Source of the DNA: Dimorphilus gyrociliatus
Lineage: Eukaryota; Animalia; Annelida
Direction of reading: 5' to 3'
Length of the DNA stretch: 64,000 bases
Assembly: GCA_904063045.1 (NCBI GenBank)
Contig: CAJFCJ010000020.1
Coordinates: forward strand, 302,916 to 366,915
The notes beneath the pieces are model-generated. The model made no database searches. It had not been told where the DNA came from and saw nothing but the letters and a program-made list of their open reading frames with translations. A program made the position numbers and the translations under genes. This document shows positions 1 to 13,732 of this stretch, piece by piece. The first letter of the stretch is position 1. Each line of letters starts with the position of its first letter.

Positions 1-296
1 CAAAAGAAAATATTTTGAAGCGTGCCTTAACATACACCCATATAAAAATTTTGTTAGCTGTACAACTATTGAATTAAAAAAGCACTAGATGGCATCAGTT
101 AAAGCTCACCAAACTCTTCCCCAATAATCGTCCGTCTTTCATCCAAACTACTCTGATGTTGTTTGTGTTTTGTTTTGTAATTGTACAGTCTATAATAAAG
201 TCATCTCCATTCGTGCATGTTACGTTCTGAAGAGTTTTACTAAACAACAGAAATTAATTAAATCGTAATGGAAGTGATTTGAAATGTCATAAATTA

Positions 297-953
297 TTAC
301 ATAAAGCTTAACGAAGATGTTTGTTGATATCTCTCTTTTTCATTATCATACGAAGATAGTTTTTCTATCGAATTTTTTGACGAATCACCAATTTCGTCTT
401 CTTCTGCTAAACTTTCTATGTCTAAAAAGAAAAATCCTATAGCTTAACAAGACAATGAGAAAAAAATTGCTCTTTACGAACGAGCTTTTCCGACGGAGGA
501 AAATTGCTTTCGATGCCCATATTGCTGCTGATATTTCTGCAATAACTGTTTAGTGGAACTTCTCCTCCCACCTTCACCCTTTTCTGTAAAAGGCGATAAA
601 AATTTCTTATTATAGGATAAAACGACCTTGAGAGTTTATATACCTGGGCGAATAACTTCGACATAGCTAACACTACTTATTTTTCCAACGTCATTTGTAA
701 TCACGCACTTATAGTCTCCCGTATCCGAATATCGACAATCGTAAATTTCCAAAACGTAGGCATAATCTTCTATAAAAACTTCATATTGCTTCCCGTTAAT
801 TTTCATATTATCCTTGAACCATTCTATTTGAGGCTCAGGTGCTGCATCAACAACAATTTGCAGCCTTGCGATACCACCGAAAGATACTCTAACGTCTTGT
901 AAATCTTCAACAATTGTTGGGGGCTGACCATCCGGAAATTCCGCGTCCGACAT
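297..953 (-). CDS. Small protein (~178 aa) with one Ig I-set domain and a low-complexity tail
   Basis: Exons 953-644, 583-482, 421-297 are in frame (537 nt). I-set hallmarks PPTI..L.D..V..G..ARL, P.PQIEWFKD and D.G.Y.C...N..G are present. Splice acceptor at 961 and a probable non-coding exon ending at the gtaagt donor at 1309. The exon-2 donor is ambiguous (481 vs 477). Confidence 0.7.
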
Positions 954-2066
954 GATAAAACTAGAACGGTAAACGAAGAATTTTCTTTTCCTGTTCGAAC
1001 TCTTTAACTTTGTTTCACTTATGAATAGATTTAGCTTGACTTTATCTGACAATTTTTTTTAATTTTAAGATAGAATCTACCTTTAAATGTTTTATTTACG
1101 GCGGCTATCGAAGAGATGAAACAGGACGAATTGCTTTTATCAAAATGATTTGTAATAGCATGATGGCCTACGTCAATGTTGACTCGATGTTATTTACGAC
1201 GATCAAACAAAGGAATTTTAAGAGTGTCAACTTTTTATTACGCGTACCTAAATATGATCGGGTTTTTTTTTTAAGTGTATACCAACAGATCGCTTTTGTT
1301 ATGACTTACTTTCTTTTCGTATTTCATAAGCAATTTTATCTCCACTAGTCTATCTAAATTCCCCGGAAGCTTTCGGCCGCACAGCGAATTATTATTAAGA
1401 ACACTAAGATCGTGGGAGGGAGGCACAGAGGGAGTGGGAGTAAAGGTAAGAGACAACTCTCTTTTGTTTATGCGATATTTATGAGCAAATACTTTCCTCT
1501 TTCTTTCATATATCACCATCTTATTATTCCTTTTTTAAACTTCGAAAAAATAAGGTCTCTATCAAAAATGACAGTATGTATTAGTTTTATACTCTATGTA
1601 AATATCTGAGGAATAAGAGCCACCTTATCAATAAGTTAACGTTATATATTTGCTATATAGTGTTGTGTGAACATTTAAAATTATGATAAGTTCAGGAATT
1701 TCTTTTTAATTACTTATAAAAGGGAAGGTTTTTTTTAAAATATACGTAAGATAAATTATTATGTTCGTAACTATTTTTTGCCTGTAACGACTTAAAAAAA
1801 ATGAGATAGTAATGTGTACAAAGTGTTTATTAGTTGAAATTACCAGGCTAGTCTGACCTCTTTAGTACTCGTATAACATTTTAGCTTATTAATAATTGAA
1901 AACGTTTCACATCACTAATACTCATCAGTCCAATTGCTCAAGTTAGTAAAGTTATAGATAAACGCTTTTGGGGGTTTTAGTAATTATGTTGCAAAACTAC
2001 AAAATGCTTATAATAACATTTTCTTTCCTAATTGTGCATCATATATATTCTTAAGTATTTCTTAAA

Positions 2067-2180
2067 TATATATATTATATATATACAGTATATATATTAT
2101 ATATATATACAGTATATATATATTATATATATACAGTATATATATATTATATATATACAGTATATATAAATTATATATAC
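2067..2180. repeat. AT-rich minisatellite, 24-bp period (TA runs interrupted by CAG)
   Basis: CAG interruptions at 2086, 2110, 2134, 2158. Related TATACAGTATA cores also occur near 5421, 27410, 52765-52860, 61375 and 63160. Confidence 0.85.
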
Positions 2181-2830
2181 AACATATATTTAATATATTT
2201 AAATGTTAATACTCTTTTCGAAGAAATGTCTTTCCAGGTCAACATTACAATTAAATATCTTTTCTAACAGTTTAAAAACAAAAATCAATATACTGAGTAT
2301 TAAATTTGCTTCTCTCATAAGAGGCTTTTCTTTCACCTTTTTCTCTATTTGACTACAGAAAGCACTTAAACATTAGTAAGGAAATTGAAATGTTTCTCTA
2401 GTAAGTGAATTTCTTAAAAAGAAAAACAAGTTTTAGTTTATATATTATCTTGAATATCTTAGTTATAGCATCTGCCATTCTCTTCTTAACAGCTCTATGG
2501 ATATGACTCCAACTGTTACCGACGGCAAAGACGATATTTCCGTTTCAATAAAGAAAGTCTTAAATAACGAATGATCAATCTTTGCAGCTTTTTTTTCGTT
2601 GTCAACTCGGAAAATATTTTAGAAGTGAACTAATCTAAGTGAAATTGGAAGTCTTAGTTTTCATACGCCTGCGAAAGCAGATATACAAATGACCCAATAT
2701 TCTAGGTATTACCTTCTTTAACAGATTCGTTTTTTATTCTCAGTAAATTTTGATAAGTTTACGAATAAATAATTAGATAAAAGAAACGACTAAAACGTTA
2801 GGTACGATGCAAGATAACGAGATGGAAGGA

Positions 2831-3935
2831 TTATCCTCTAGCCGGTACGAACTGACCTCGTTTACTCTCTTCCATCAATCTCTCTTGAATATCTTCATAT
2901 AATTTTTGTCTTGCCACTTGTGATAAATAATTTTCCAATTTAGATTCAACATTTTCATTCAGTCTTTTACCCCTCATTGCCGAAAAAGAACGCTATTGAA
3001 AAATTAAAACATGAAAAATTAATAATTCTATATAATCTCAAAATGTTATGATGATTTCTAAATTTTCATTCAGTTAGAAGAAAGAATAAGAAAAAAAAAC
3101 TAGTTAACTTCCAATTAGAGAAGGAAAATAGAGAAAAGTAGTCAAGGTTTTTGTTATTTTGTTTTAGGACAGCTGTAGAACGAAACTAAATAGAATAATG
3201 GCTTGGCTTCAGCTTTCAGACTGAATTGTACTCATTGACCTAAACGAGCTAATGCATCATCTTCAATGTTCGTTTTCGTCAAGACAGTTTTGTGTTTTGG
3301 TGTTTTCAGTATTTCTTAATTGATAAAGCACAGTTTGTACTAATACTTTTTTTTTATGTTTTCGTTTAAAAAGACATCTTACTAGTCTCTTTCAAATGAG
3401 AAGAGACTTAAATTTCTTAATAAATCAAACTTAATCTGATTCATTTTCTAAATATTCGGTTAATCTGAGATTTTTAATTAATATTCATAAGAAATATCTT
3501 TAAAAAGGGATTAATACATCTTAATTTCGAAGAGATCTTTGGTCATGAAAAATTAATCATAGGGATCAGAGAGCTTGAAAAACAAATAGATTTTATTCAA
3601 CAGTTTATTAAATATTTATATCCATCGACAAAAATAACTAAAGTAGTCAAAGCTTCTAAAGACTTTATAAATAACTATCTTTTTAAGTTAAATATTAATT
3701 TTTACATTGAACAATTGCAATACAGTAAAGAAACTTTAAGCGTTTTTCTCTGATTGATTTTGGAAAAGAGAGTTTTACCAAACATTTCTGTCCGTGCCCT
3801 GATTTAATAAGATCGACTTACCTTTTCTATTCCGACCTTATTAGAGGGGTACTGGAGGCTGATAGTTGATGGAACATCCAATAATATTATCCCAAGAACG
3901 AAAACAGCTAAGCAATAAGAGGTGTATTTAGTCAT
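2831..3935 (-). CDS. Tachykinin-like neuropeptide precursor (91 aa); predicted peptides SFSAMRamide and GQFVPARamide
   Basis: Exon 3935-3822 (signal peptide, ends ...GIEK|gtaagt) plus exon 2992-2831 (tttttcaatag| acceptor). Protein MTKYTSYCLAVFVLGIILLDVPSTISLQYPSNKVGIEKRSFSAMRGKRLNENVESKLENYLSQVARQKLYEDIQERLMEESKRGQFVPARG*. KR sites and amidating Gly are present; F-x-A/P-x-R-amide fits lophotrochozoan tachykinin variants. Absent from the ORF track. Confidence 0.8.
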
Positions 3936-6090
3936 GTTTTTTATCTTTTATTTCTTTCTCCTCCTGAAATAATTTTTTCCGAAAAAGGAATAATTAATTT
4001 CATAATTGTTAAATATGTCTATTTAATTCTTAGAAATCGTTTAAAGACTGTAAAAAGAACTTTTAACATATCAGTTTTAAAATAAAATATTCAAATATTT
4101 AAACACATGAGGGAAAAAGAGCTATAAAAACCTTTAGCAATAGCTTTTCTCTCTTTAACTATGGTAAGAGAATAGGAAGACGTATCAAAAGTTTATCATA
4201 ATTTATTATTTGAGAAAAGATGGCGCTGTCAGCTATGAAAACTACCGGGCAAAATTTTTTTCTACACAAACTTATTATATACTGTTTTTTGTGTGTATTA
4301 TGCACTAAAAACAATGCATATATACGTCTATAAAACAAACAGTATAGTGAAAGATATAAATGTTCTATCTTTGTATTACTAATGCTAATAATCTGTGTAG
4401 ATTAATAATATATTGTTAACAAAAAGACTCTAAAAAAGACACCGTTTTTATACGCTTGACTAAAAACCGCTTAAAATATTAATTATATTGTCAAAATATA
4501 AAAGAAATGTATATTAAAGCTATTGATAAAAAGAGAAAGAATAAAGTATATTTCATAAGTTTACCACTAGACAAATGAATGACTTGAAGTAAAAAAGACT
4601 TTGTAATTAGTGCATCAATTGAGAGGTAACAGTCAATATTTTGAGTGTGATGAAGAACTTCTTAAATATATTGAATTTTCTCTTTTCTTTATGATTTATA
4701 TTCAGTTTAATATTGAAAAGAAGGTGTTGTAATCTAATCAATTGATAATGAGGAAAAAAATTATATTCATTTCTTAGATGATACTTTGCCATATTCCCTT
4801 TCTAATTTATAAGACAGATATCTACATCCAAAAACAGTAGATTTTTTGAAAATCTCTTTCAAAGTTCGTTAATAAACTATGAATTTAATGAAGCGACATA
4901 CTATTCAATTGAAAATATGTTAATTATTCATTTGTTACAGATTGAGAGAAAGCAAAAAAACGACAACAACCTTTAAAAAAACGTTTGCTCGTAAACAACA
5001 GAGTAAAAGGGAAAGTAAGCTTGTTTTCAGCCATTATTATAATCATTCAGTTTAATTAGATTACTTAAACCGAAACGAACTATTATCTTTTCAAAAGGCG
5101 TTTTAAAAACAAAAGTACGAGAAAAGTAGTCTTGTAGTTTGCTATATAATTGTCAAAAAAAGATATAATTAAGTATTACTTGAATAAAACACATGGGGGA
5201 AAATACGAAGGAGACGGAGGAGTAAAACTGTTTAAAAAGAATATTTTATTAGTTTATCTTTCAAGGAAAAATTACAAAAATTATCACTGAAGCATTGAAT
5301 AACAGCTAATGTAGATATTTCGCCCAAGGTGTTTCCTGTGCGTATGATTTGATATTTACAAAAGTTGGATATAAAAGGATAAGTATTTAGTTGTTTTTAT
5401 ATATTTTTCTGTTGATTTATATACAGTATATGTAAATATTATACAGATATATAGATTCTAATTAGCATTTTTAAATTGATCAAGGAGTTTTGATTTTACA
5501 CTTTAATTTTGGTTTAATTGTTACTATTTTTAATTATAAAACAATGCTGTATAGTGTAAACAAAGCTTATTAATTAATTGCTGTTTGTCAAGTAATATAG
5601 ATCATTACTAGTTTTATTTTTACTCACATTTAACATCTATTACTATTACAGAATTGTGTAATATTTGTTTAATAATTTTACTAAAGAATTTTTACGGCTA
5701 CTGTAAAAACCTTTTAAATAGCAATTTTTGAATAATTCATGTTTTTATTGTCAGTAATATAGTCCATTATTTTATTAACAATTAGAAAATGAGAGAAAGT
5801 TAGGAAAAGACACCGGAAGTAGAGCATGCACAAATATGACATTATGTTATTGAAAAATTTGTTCATTACAAAATCTTTCCTTGACCCAGCTACATCCTTC
5901 TTAGACTGTTAGTTTTTTTAGTTTATTAACAAGATAATTAATCAAACTTAATTGTTAATTAGCTTTTACCACCATTACATTTTCTCTTTATCAGAAAACT
6001 TATAGCCTTTTCCGTGATTATCTCTTTCGTTTAACTTTTTAAAATTAAACTTTCAATCCCACAAAACTACATGTAATGTCTACTACTTAC

Positions 6091-6231
6091 ATCTTAATTA
6101 GAGAAAAGAGTTATATTTCGTTTTCATCAACAGATGTCGCTTCAAATGCTTTTTAGACTAGCTACAATTTCTAATAGGATACAATAACAGGATATCTCTC
6201 TACCCACACAATTTTTAATTGTATCTTTATA
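6091..6231 (-). promoter_or_regulatory. Candidate TATA box and non-coding first exon of the tachykinin-like gene
   Basis: The ATG exon has an atttcag acceptor at 3965-3964. The best upstream minus-strand gtaagt donor I found is at 6090, with TATAAA at 6231-6226. Confidence 0.3.
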
Positions 6232-8237
6232 TGAGCAAATAGCAAATTTAAAAACGTTTTTTTACGCTGCATTTGTAACCTCATTCTACTTTTTATTTAA
6301 AATACATTAAAACCTCTAAAGTAATCTTTAATCAAAACTTTTATTACCAGTATTCAATCTGTAGTACATATTATATAGTTATATATAGTTTTTCCCTTGA
6401 AAATAATCAGCTAGCAATCTCATAGTTGATTTATTTAGCTGTCAATGATCAAATATAAGTAAACAATCCGTTTCATATTGATATTAAAGATTTTAACATA
6501 GTCTTGTTTATTATTCTTGATAAATTTTTACAATATTTTCTATTTATTTAACTATTTTGTTTACATTTAGAAACGTATTAATCATTTATAATTCATATAT
6601 ATTTTATGTTCAAAGATAAGGGTCAAAAAACTCTGCAGAGCTGAATAAAGAGATTATTTTCGCTTAGTATATATTTTTAAAAGTATTCTAATCATAGTTT
6701 TGATTTCGCTTGTTGAAATGTGAGAAGAAAACTCATTTAACAGGTCAAAATCAGACATCTGGGTCATTCAAATTTTCTACTGAATATTAAAATAAATAGA
6801 AAATTAGTAAGAGCGTGACTTGAAATTTGAAAATTTAGTTCTTGACTTTGTAAAAAAAGTATCTTTATTTAAATTTAATTGAATAAACATTGTAATATGA
6901 CCGATGCATCTAGTGGGTAATATTTTATTAGTTAATTGAAGTTTCTAAAGACTTTATATTGTACTAAGAACTCATAAGGATACATATATTTTAATTCATT
7001 AATTAATCATTAATTATGTGTCTTTAGACAAGGGGGTAACTGATCATGAGACGAAGATGGAAATCAAAAGGGATGTGGTTGTGGAAATAATCCGGAAACT
7101 CTAATAAACTCGATCCTTCTCATTGAGAACACTATTTTATAACCAAGTTTCTTAATTACTTCTATTAGAAGATAAAGGAGGTGTGTTAAGTCAGTTAGTA
7201 GTTTCATTGAATAAATAAGATTCACAATAAAGAAAGCGACAATTTCCGTATCCTTGTCGTAGAGAAGTTGTGATTTTCCTATAATTTTTGACAAAGTAGT
7301 TATAAATAGAGTACATAGGAAAGATATATTTTTCTTTTAGACCTCTAGCGATTCGAACTTATTCCATGCTTTTATGCGTGAAACTATAACACAAAGAATA
7401 TAGGATTTTTAAATGAAGTATGAATGCAATAAGTACATTTTTAATATTGAAGTGGTATCATTCCTATAGATATCTTAAAATAGTACCCAATAATGCTCAA
7501 TATACTGTATTTTAGATTATCTCATTATGATTATCATAGCGAATTGTCTAATTTCAATATCTTTATTTTATACTAAACTAATCCATAAGAATTGTGTATT
7601 AATAGAGAGGGAGTGTTTAAATTAGGCAAAAAATTGGTACTCACTAACCTCTTGTATTTATTTTGGGTATGTCTTCAATCGAGGTCTGAGTAAACAAAAA
7701 CCATTTTTCCTTATACTTTTGCAAACTAAGAATTAATAACATTATATAACAATATTTATAAAAAATGCTATATATTAATACACTCTATAATTATATAAAT
7801 AGCTTAAAAAATATTATTTTGGCTCCATCTATCGGGTATAATGATTATAATTGTAAACAATTACTTAGAGCTTAGATTATTTTAATAGCGTAGAAAAGGA
7901 AAGAAGAAAATTAGTTATGTTATTATAAAGTTTTTTTTATATATATTACAGATTTGTTACAGCTTTAATAGATGATTATGAAAGAAGTTTTATTGATTTC
8001 TACATAATATCTTTCTCTAAACGTGTTTGAATTTTAAAATGATACAAAATAACTTAAACTATTCCAAAAAATATTAGTTAAGTGCAAGTCGTGATGAGAG
8101 CTCGGAATATACGACAAGGCTATTCGTGATTTGATAAAATATAGACCAAATTATTGAACTTGCCTTTATAAGAACCTCGAATTGATCGGGTTGCTTATAT
8201 CACCTTCTAATTTCATTCAGAACAGTTGAAATTAATC

Positions 8238-8588
8238 ATGAATTCTCTTTCAATTGTTTGTATCGTGGCTTTGGCATTGTGTAAGTAGATTTATTCTATA
8301 CTTTTACAATTATAAATCATTAATTATAGTACTTTTTATTTTATAGTCGCCTGTGCTTACTGTCAGGAAGGTCGAACTGGAGCAACGGGAGCAACAGGCT
8401 GGGGAAGAACGGGAGCAACTGGAGCAATGGGTTTTACTGGTATGACCGGTGCGCCCGGACCAGCCGGTCCAGCCGGTCCACCCGGTCAAGGAGGATTTGG
8501 AGGTAATGTGGACAGCCGTGGAAAACTTGACAGTGGAAAACTAACCTGTTTCTTAAGCTGTTTGAATGAGAAATGCGGAATTCTGTAG
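8238..8588 (+). CDS. Mini-collagen-like secreted protein A (94 aa)
   Basis: Exons 8238-8280, 8347-8588: [94 protein letters not shown]. Confidence 0.92.
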
Positions 8589-9249
8589 ATTGAATACTAT
8601 GAAAATTTACAATAAATGTAACTTTTAAATTCTTTTTCTTTCCCATTTTTCTGTGATCTGAATAAAATAATTTGCTTGAAAAAACTTGCAAAGCATCTGA
8701 ACGAATATTTATTAGTTTTTGATCTAAGATTCAACTGCAAAGGGTATAAATCGAAAAAAAAACAGTCTAAAAAATTATTTAGATGTTTCAACAGTCTTAA
8801 TATAAAAGATATATTTTATGATTACATCTAAAAATACTGTATTCTAAGAGACCATTTACTATGGTCAATTTCCTATTATAAAAGTGAATTAGAGAATTTT
8901 ATCTTATAATAAAGCTCATTTCATATTGTCATTAAACTAATGACATCAGGGCTTCACATCGGTATTTCAGCAGTATGTACTGAAAATTTAAACTAATGTA
9001 TATTGCAAACTACAAAATTACGTGAGTTATAGCTGAAGCTGAGCGTTGGTTATAAGAGAAAGGAATTTTTTCCAGCATGTTCCGGTCCACATTTAAATGA
9101 GGTGTCGTGAGAGCCAGCTGTGAGCAGATTATACTTCGTGACTACCAAATAGGTTTGATAAAGAGATATTTTACTATAAAAACACTAAAAGACTCTAGTT
9201 TCATTTGAAGGATCTCGTGCTTAGGTCCTTTAAAGAAATAAGATTTAGC

Positions 9250-9755
9250 ATGAAATCATTTATATTTGTTGGCATTTGTTTGGCAGCCTTTGGTAAACTT
9301 TAAATCATTTATGAAAAAAAGTTGCACGTTATTTTCTCAATATTAATAAAGATTCTTTCAGTGGCCTTGTCCAGCTGCCAGAGGGGTGATGTTGGAAGAA
9401 TGGGACCAACTGGTGCAACTGGTGAACCTGGTCGACCTGGTCGGGGCGATACAGGTAGTACTGGAAACACTGGACCATCGTACAGAGGTCCAAAAGGACT
9501 TGATGGCAGACAAGGTGCAACAGGACCACAAGGAATGCCAGGACCAGTAGGACAAAGAGGCTCACCAGGTGAAACACTTAGCGGCAGTAGTTCTTTCGCT
9601 TGGACTCCAGAGCGAGGTATGAATGAAAGTGTAAATTTTAAAAATAAAAAAGTTAAAATATAATATTTGTTTTGGAAGGTTATGGTGTAAAACCTGGATC
9701 ACAAGGAGTTGGATGTTTCCTTCAATGCCTGAAAAATGATTGTGATTTATTGTAA
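9250..9755 (+). CDS. Mini-collagen-like secreted protein B (124 aa)
   Basis: Exons 9250-9292, 9362-9616, 9679-9755. Signal MKSFIFVGICLAAFVALSSC-Q; Gly-X-Y blocks of 6, 4 and 10 triplets; C-terminus GCFLQCLKNDCDLL*. Confidence 0.92.
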
Positions 9756-10952
9756 ATCTCCGATAAAATTGAATATGAAATTTGAACGAAAACCGATACT
9801 TTGAAATTTGCTGCAAGATTAGAAAATTATATCTTTTCCTACTGTGAAACTCTCTTTCTCCTTTGTCTTTGAAGAGTATGTTTTGTCTTGAATAAAGTAT
9901 GTTATAATTCAGAAAAATGATCTTTTTTATACATCTTCTCTGTGTAAGTATAGTAGGTTATACTAATTTGTTCAGTAAAATGAATTTTCCTTCCATTAAT
10001 TACACAAATTATTGTTATTATTTTCATCCTAAAAACAATCTGTTTCGGTTAATTCATAATGAATTGATAAGATTAGGATATTATAAAACTCTCTACGACA
10101 ATGTATTTTAATTAACTTCAACATAATCGCTTTAATCTGGAATTTCTTTTTAAAAAGTTAATTAATCATATTATATTTAAAGATTATTATCTTTGGTGAA
10201 AAACAAAGTTGATATAGTTATCCTTTCCCTGCAATTCAATGTTTAATTTAAAAGATATTTAAAAATATGAAAAATACTTCGCTAGATGGCATCCGTAGCT
10301 GCTAACTTTATAGCTTATCTGAAAGAAATATAAAATTCATTTTATTAACTAAAATTGAAGAAAAATCTCTAAATTCTTATGTTTTTTAAAGTAGCCAAAT
10401 ATCTTAATTGATTATTTTCTGCAAAATAGATAGTAGGTGATTTTCATAATGAAAGCGTCTACAATAAATAATGAAAAAACATTTAAGCTTGAATTTTCTA
10501 CCATTTTCTGAAATTCCTTAAATATTTTTATAACTAAATTGAAGCATTGGTTTTTAAATACCGTAAACTAATTTATTTTTTAAAAAATTCTGTTTAAAAC
10601 CTTTATGATGTTATACTTCCAGCTAAACTCCTTTATAGGTGTATCATTAATATTAGCATATTTAGCTCTAAAATAGTTATAATATGGTAATTAACACAAT
10701 CTAGAAGATAAAACTTTAAATCTTCTCGAGTGTGAAAATGGAATCACGCATGTATATTAACCTTTTCTCTTTTCAAAAATTTGAAAAACATTATTCCAAA
10801 ATTCTCGTGATCTAAAATTGACCTTAAATTCAAAACATTCGTGACACAATGTAGGCCAAAAAATTTTACCTCTGGCATATAAAGGCCAGTGAAGTCCTGA
10901 GTTTCAGTCAATGTATCCTGTGGTCTTAGACTCAACCAGTTGAAGTTTAATA

Positions 10953-11321
10953 ATGGATTCACTTAAAATTGTTTGTTTGATGATTTTAGCATTTTGTAAG
11001 TAGTGCATTATATATATTTTAAAGTTGAGTATTGGTAATTGTTATACTTTTTGTTTTATAGCTGCTTGCGCCTTCTGTCAGGAAGGTCAAACTGGAGCAA
11101 CGGGAGCAACAGGCTGGGGAAGAACGGGAGCAACTGGAGTAATGGGCTTTACTGGTTCGCGTGGTCGACCCGGTCCAGTCGGTCCACGCGGTCCACCCGG
11201 TCCACCCGGTCAAGGAGGAAAAGGCGGATTTGGAGGTAATGTGGACAGCAGTGGAAAACTCGACTATGGAAAACTAACCTGTTTCTTGAGCTGTTTGAAT
11301 GAGAAATGTGGAATTCTATAA
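10953..11321 (+). CDS. Mini-collagen-like secreted protein C (100 aa)
   Basis: Exons 10953-10995, 11062-11321. [33 protein letters not shown]...GPRGPPGPPGQGGKGGFGGN...LTCFLSCLNEKCGIL*. Confidence 0.92.
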
Positions 11322-11485
11322 AATGAACAAAATGAACTTTTTCAAGACAAAATATATTCGTTAATGATATTTTCAATCTTTCGATAATTACTATGATTAT
11401 TACTTTTATTAAAATATATCCTAATAAACTGAAATGTACCAAATCTCTGTTTTATAGTATATACATTAACTAAGTGTCGTACAGT

Positions 11486-11518
<33 letters not shown>

Positions 11519-12250
11519 CGCACGGTTGCAATTGGTGAAAATGTTAATATACAATCTTTGATGAGAAAAAATTATAAGCTCCCTTCTAATCATCATATTA
11601 TGAATCTCCTAAAGTGATAAGAGAGATAAAGATATAATAAAGTGTAATTTCAAAGAAATAGAATACTTAATTTGTTCAAAAATATAAGGAAATATAAAAT
11701 TTCTGGTGGATTGGTCAAAAAATATCCAACATTTATTGAATAAATTACATAATAGAGCATCATGCTATGTAGTATAAACAAGAAATGATTATTTAACAAT
11801 TTACTATTAAAAAATGTATTTATTTATTTTCAGAGTACTGAACACATATCTGAAAAGTATTTCTGAAAGATGTACTGTGTCTACAATGTGTTCTTATTTG
11901 TTAAATACTTTTTTGGGCTATATTTTTTAATTAATATAGAAATAGTTCAGAAATCTAGAATACATAATTTTTCAAAGGTTAATTAATTGGTATTCCGTAC
12001 TTAACTTTCGAGATTTTCAACTCTCAGTTTAGCAAATAAATACAAAGATTTTGTAGTTTCAGTTACATGTTCGTTCACATATGCAAAGCATATTAAAATT
12101 AAGTGTCGTGAGAGCCAATCGTGAACAGACTACACTTCGTGACTAGAAAGGAAGGCCAAACAAAGACCTATCGTCTTATAAAAGGGCAGAAATTTATTCG
12201 TTTCATATCGAGAGCTGCAAGGGAGGTTCAATCGTAAATTAATACTTAGT

Positions 12251-12756
12251 ATGAAATCATTAATATTTGTTGGCATTTGTTTGGCAGCCTTTGGTAAACT
12301 TTAAATCATTTATGAAAAAAAGTTGCACGTTATTTTCTCAATATTAATAAAGATTCTTTCAGTGGCCTTGTCCAGCTGCCAGAGGGGTGATGTTGGAAGA
12401 ATGGGACCAACTGGTGCAACTGGTGAACCTGGTCGACCTGGTCGGGGCGATACAGGTAGTACTGGAAACACTGGACCATCGTACAGAGGTCCAAAAGGAC
12501 TTGATGGCAGACAAGGTGCAACAGGACCACAAGGAATGCCAGGACCAGTAGGACAAAGAGGCTCACCAGGTGAAACACTTAGCGGCAGTAGTTCTTTCGC
12601 TTGGACTCCAGAGCGAGGTATGAATGAAAGTGTAAATTTTAAAAATAAAAAAGTTAAAATATAATATTTGTTTTGGAAGGTTATGGTGTAAAACCTGGAT
12701 CACAAGGAGTTGGATGTTTCCTTCAATGCCTGAAAAATGATTGTGATTTATTGTAA
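12251..12756 (+). CDS. Mini-collagen-like secreted protein D (124 aa), near-identical copy of B
   Basis: Exons 12251-12293, 12363-12617, 12680-12756. Offset +3001 from B; only the codon 4 difference (TTT F vs TTA L) was seen. Confidence 0.92.
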
Positions 12757-13732
12757 TTCAAGTGTTGGAAAAATAAAAGTCGAAAAACGAAACCCAAAGT
12801 TAATTTGGAAATATGAAGAAAAACTCTACAGCATGATGTTTCATACTCTATTCTTTTTTTATTTACATATTTGTATTGAATATATTTTGTCTTGAATAAA
12901 CAAAATTCTAAACAAAATTACAAACTTTGACTAGTTTTGATAGTTATTAAATAAAGTACTGTTGCCAAAGCAAATTTATAGAGTATGAAAATTTTTTCGT
13001 TCATATTAGAAATCAGAAAAAGCCTTTTAATACAATTTTCAACATTTTAAAACGATTTTTGCTTATATTGTTTACTATTCTGACAAGTAAGAAGAAAATA
13101 CACCCTAAAGTTAGACTTTATCACCATTGGCAAAAAGTCTATTTGTAATATACTATTAGGAGTAACGTCTAAGAAAATTTATGTAGATAACCCTACATTT
13201 TTGTTAAATGTTGGAATTTGTTGGAAGTTTTCATGAGTTATAAATTAATTTAATTTTAAAAAGCAAAAATTATGGTTAAATCCTGAAGTTTGTAATATAT
13301 CTAATGTAACGAGTGATACTGTTGCTAATTGCCTCTGTATAGTTATTCTTTAAACCCTTTAAAAGAAACTTAAAAAATTGTTTTGTAATATAGATATTGT
13401 ATTTTTTCAGATATGAAATAAATAAACCTAACGAATATGTTAATTTATTGCATTAAATATTATCTGTAAATAATGATGTTATAAAAGACTGAAACATTTA
13501 CTTTAAAAATAATATTCAAAGCAAAATGAGATTGAGGTTTAATGTAGGTAAATCAACAACGCCGATTGTTATAGAAAAGGTCGAATCGTGAGCGATAAAT
13601 ATATGCTGAACGAGTTCGTGAGTTGGAACTGGGTTAAAATTTGCATATTATCGAAATATAAAGAATTGAAATAAACTTTTAGCCTCATACTTCAGTGTGT
13701 TTAGCAGGAGAGAACCTCAAGTATAATTCACC

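Larger units (their letters stand above)
9250..12756 (+). repeat. 506-bp near-perfect direct repeat (genes B and D, ATG to stop, introns included)
   Basis: 9250-9755 vs 12251-12756; one mismatch seen (9261 T / 12262 A). The ORF track gives identical translations on both strands of the two copies. Confidence 0.9.

Noticed and set aside
2463-2607. Short open frames on both strands (plus MDMTPTVTDGKDD..., minus ...ELLRREWQML*)
   Set aside because: No good splice sites or partner exons; lies in the presumed 3' region of the tachykinin-like gene.
9322-9663. ORF-track 113-aa proteins starting MHVIFS (also 12323-12664)
   Set aside because: They start in intron 1 and run into intron 2; the real genes have three exons.
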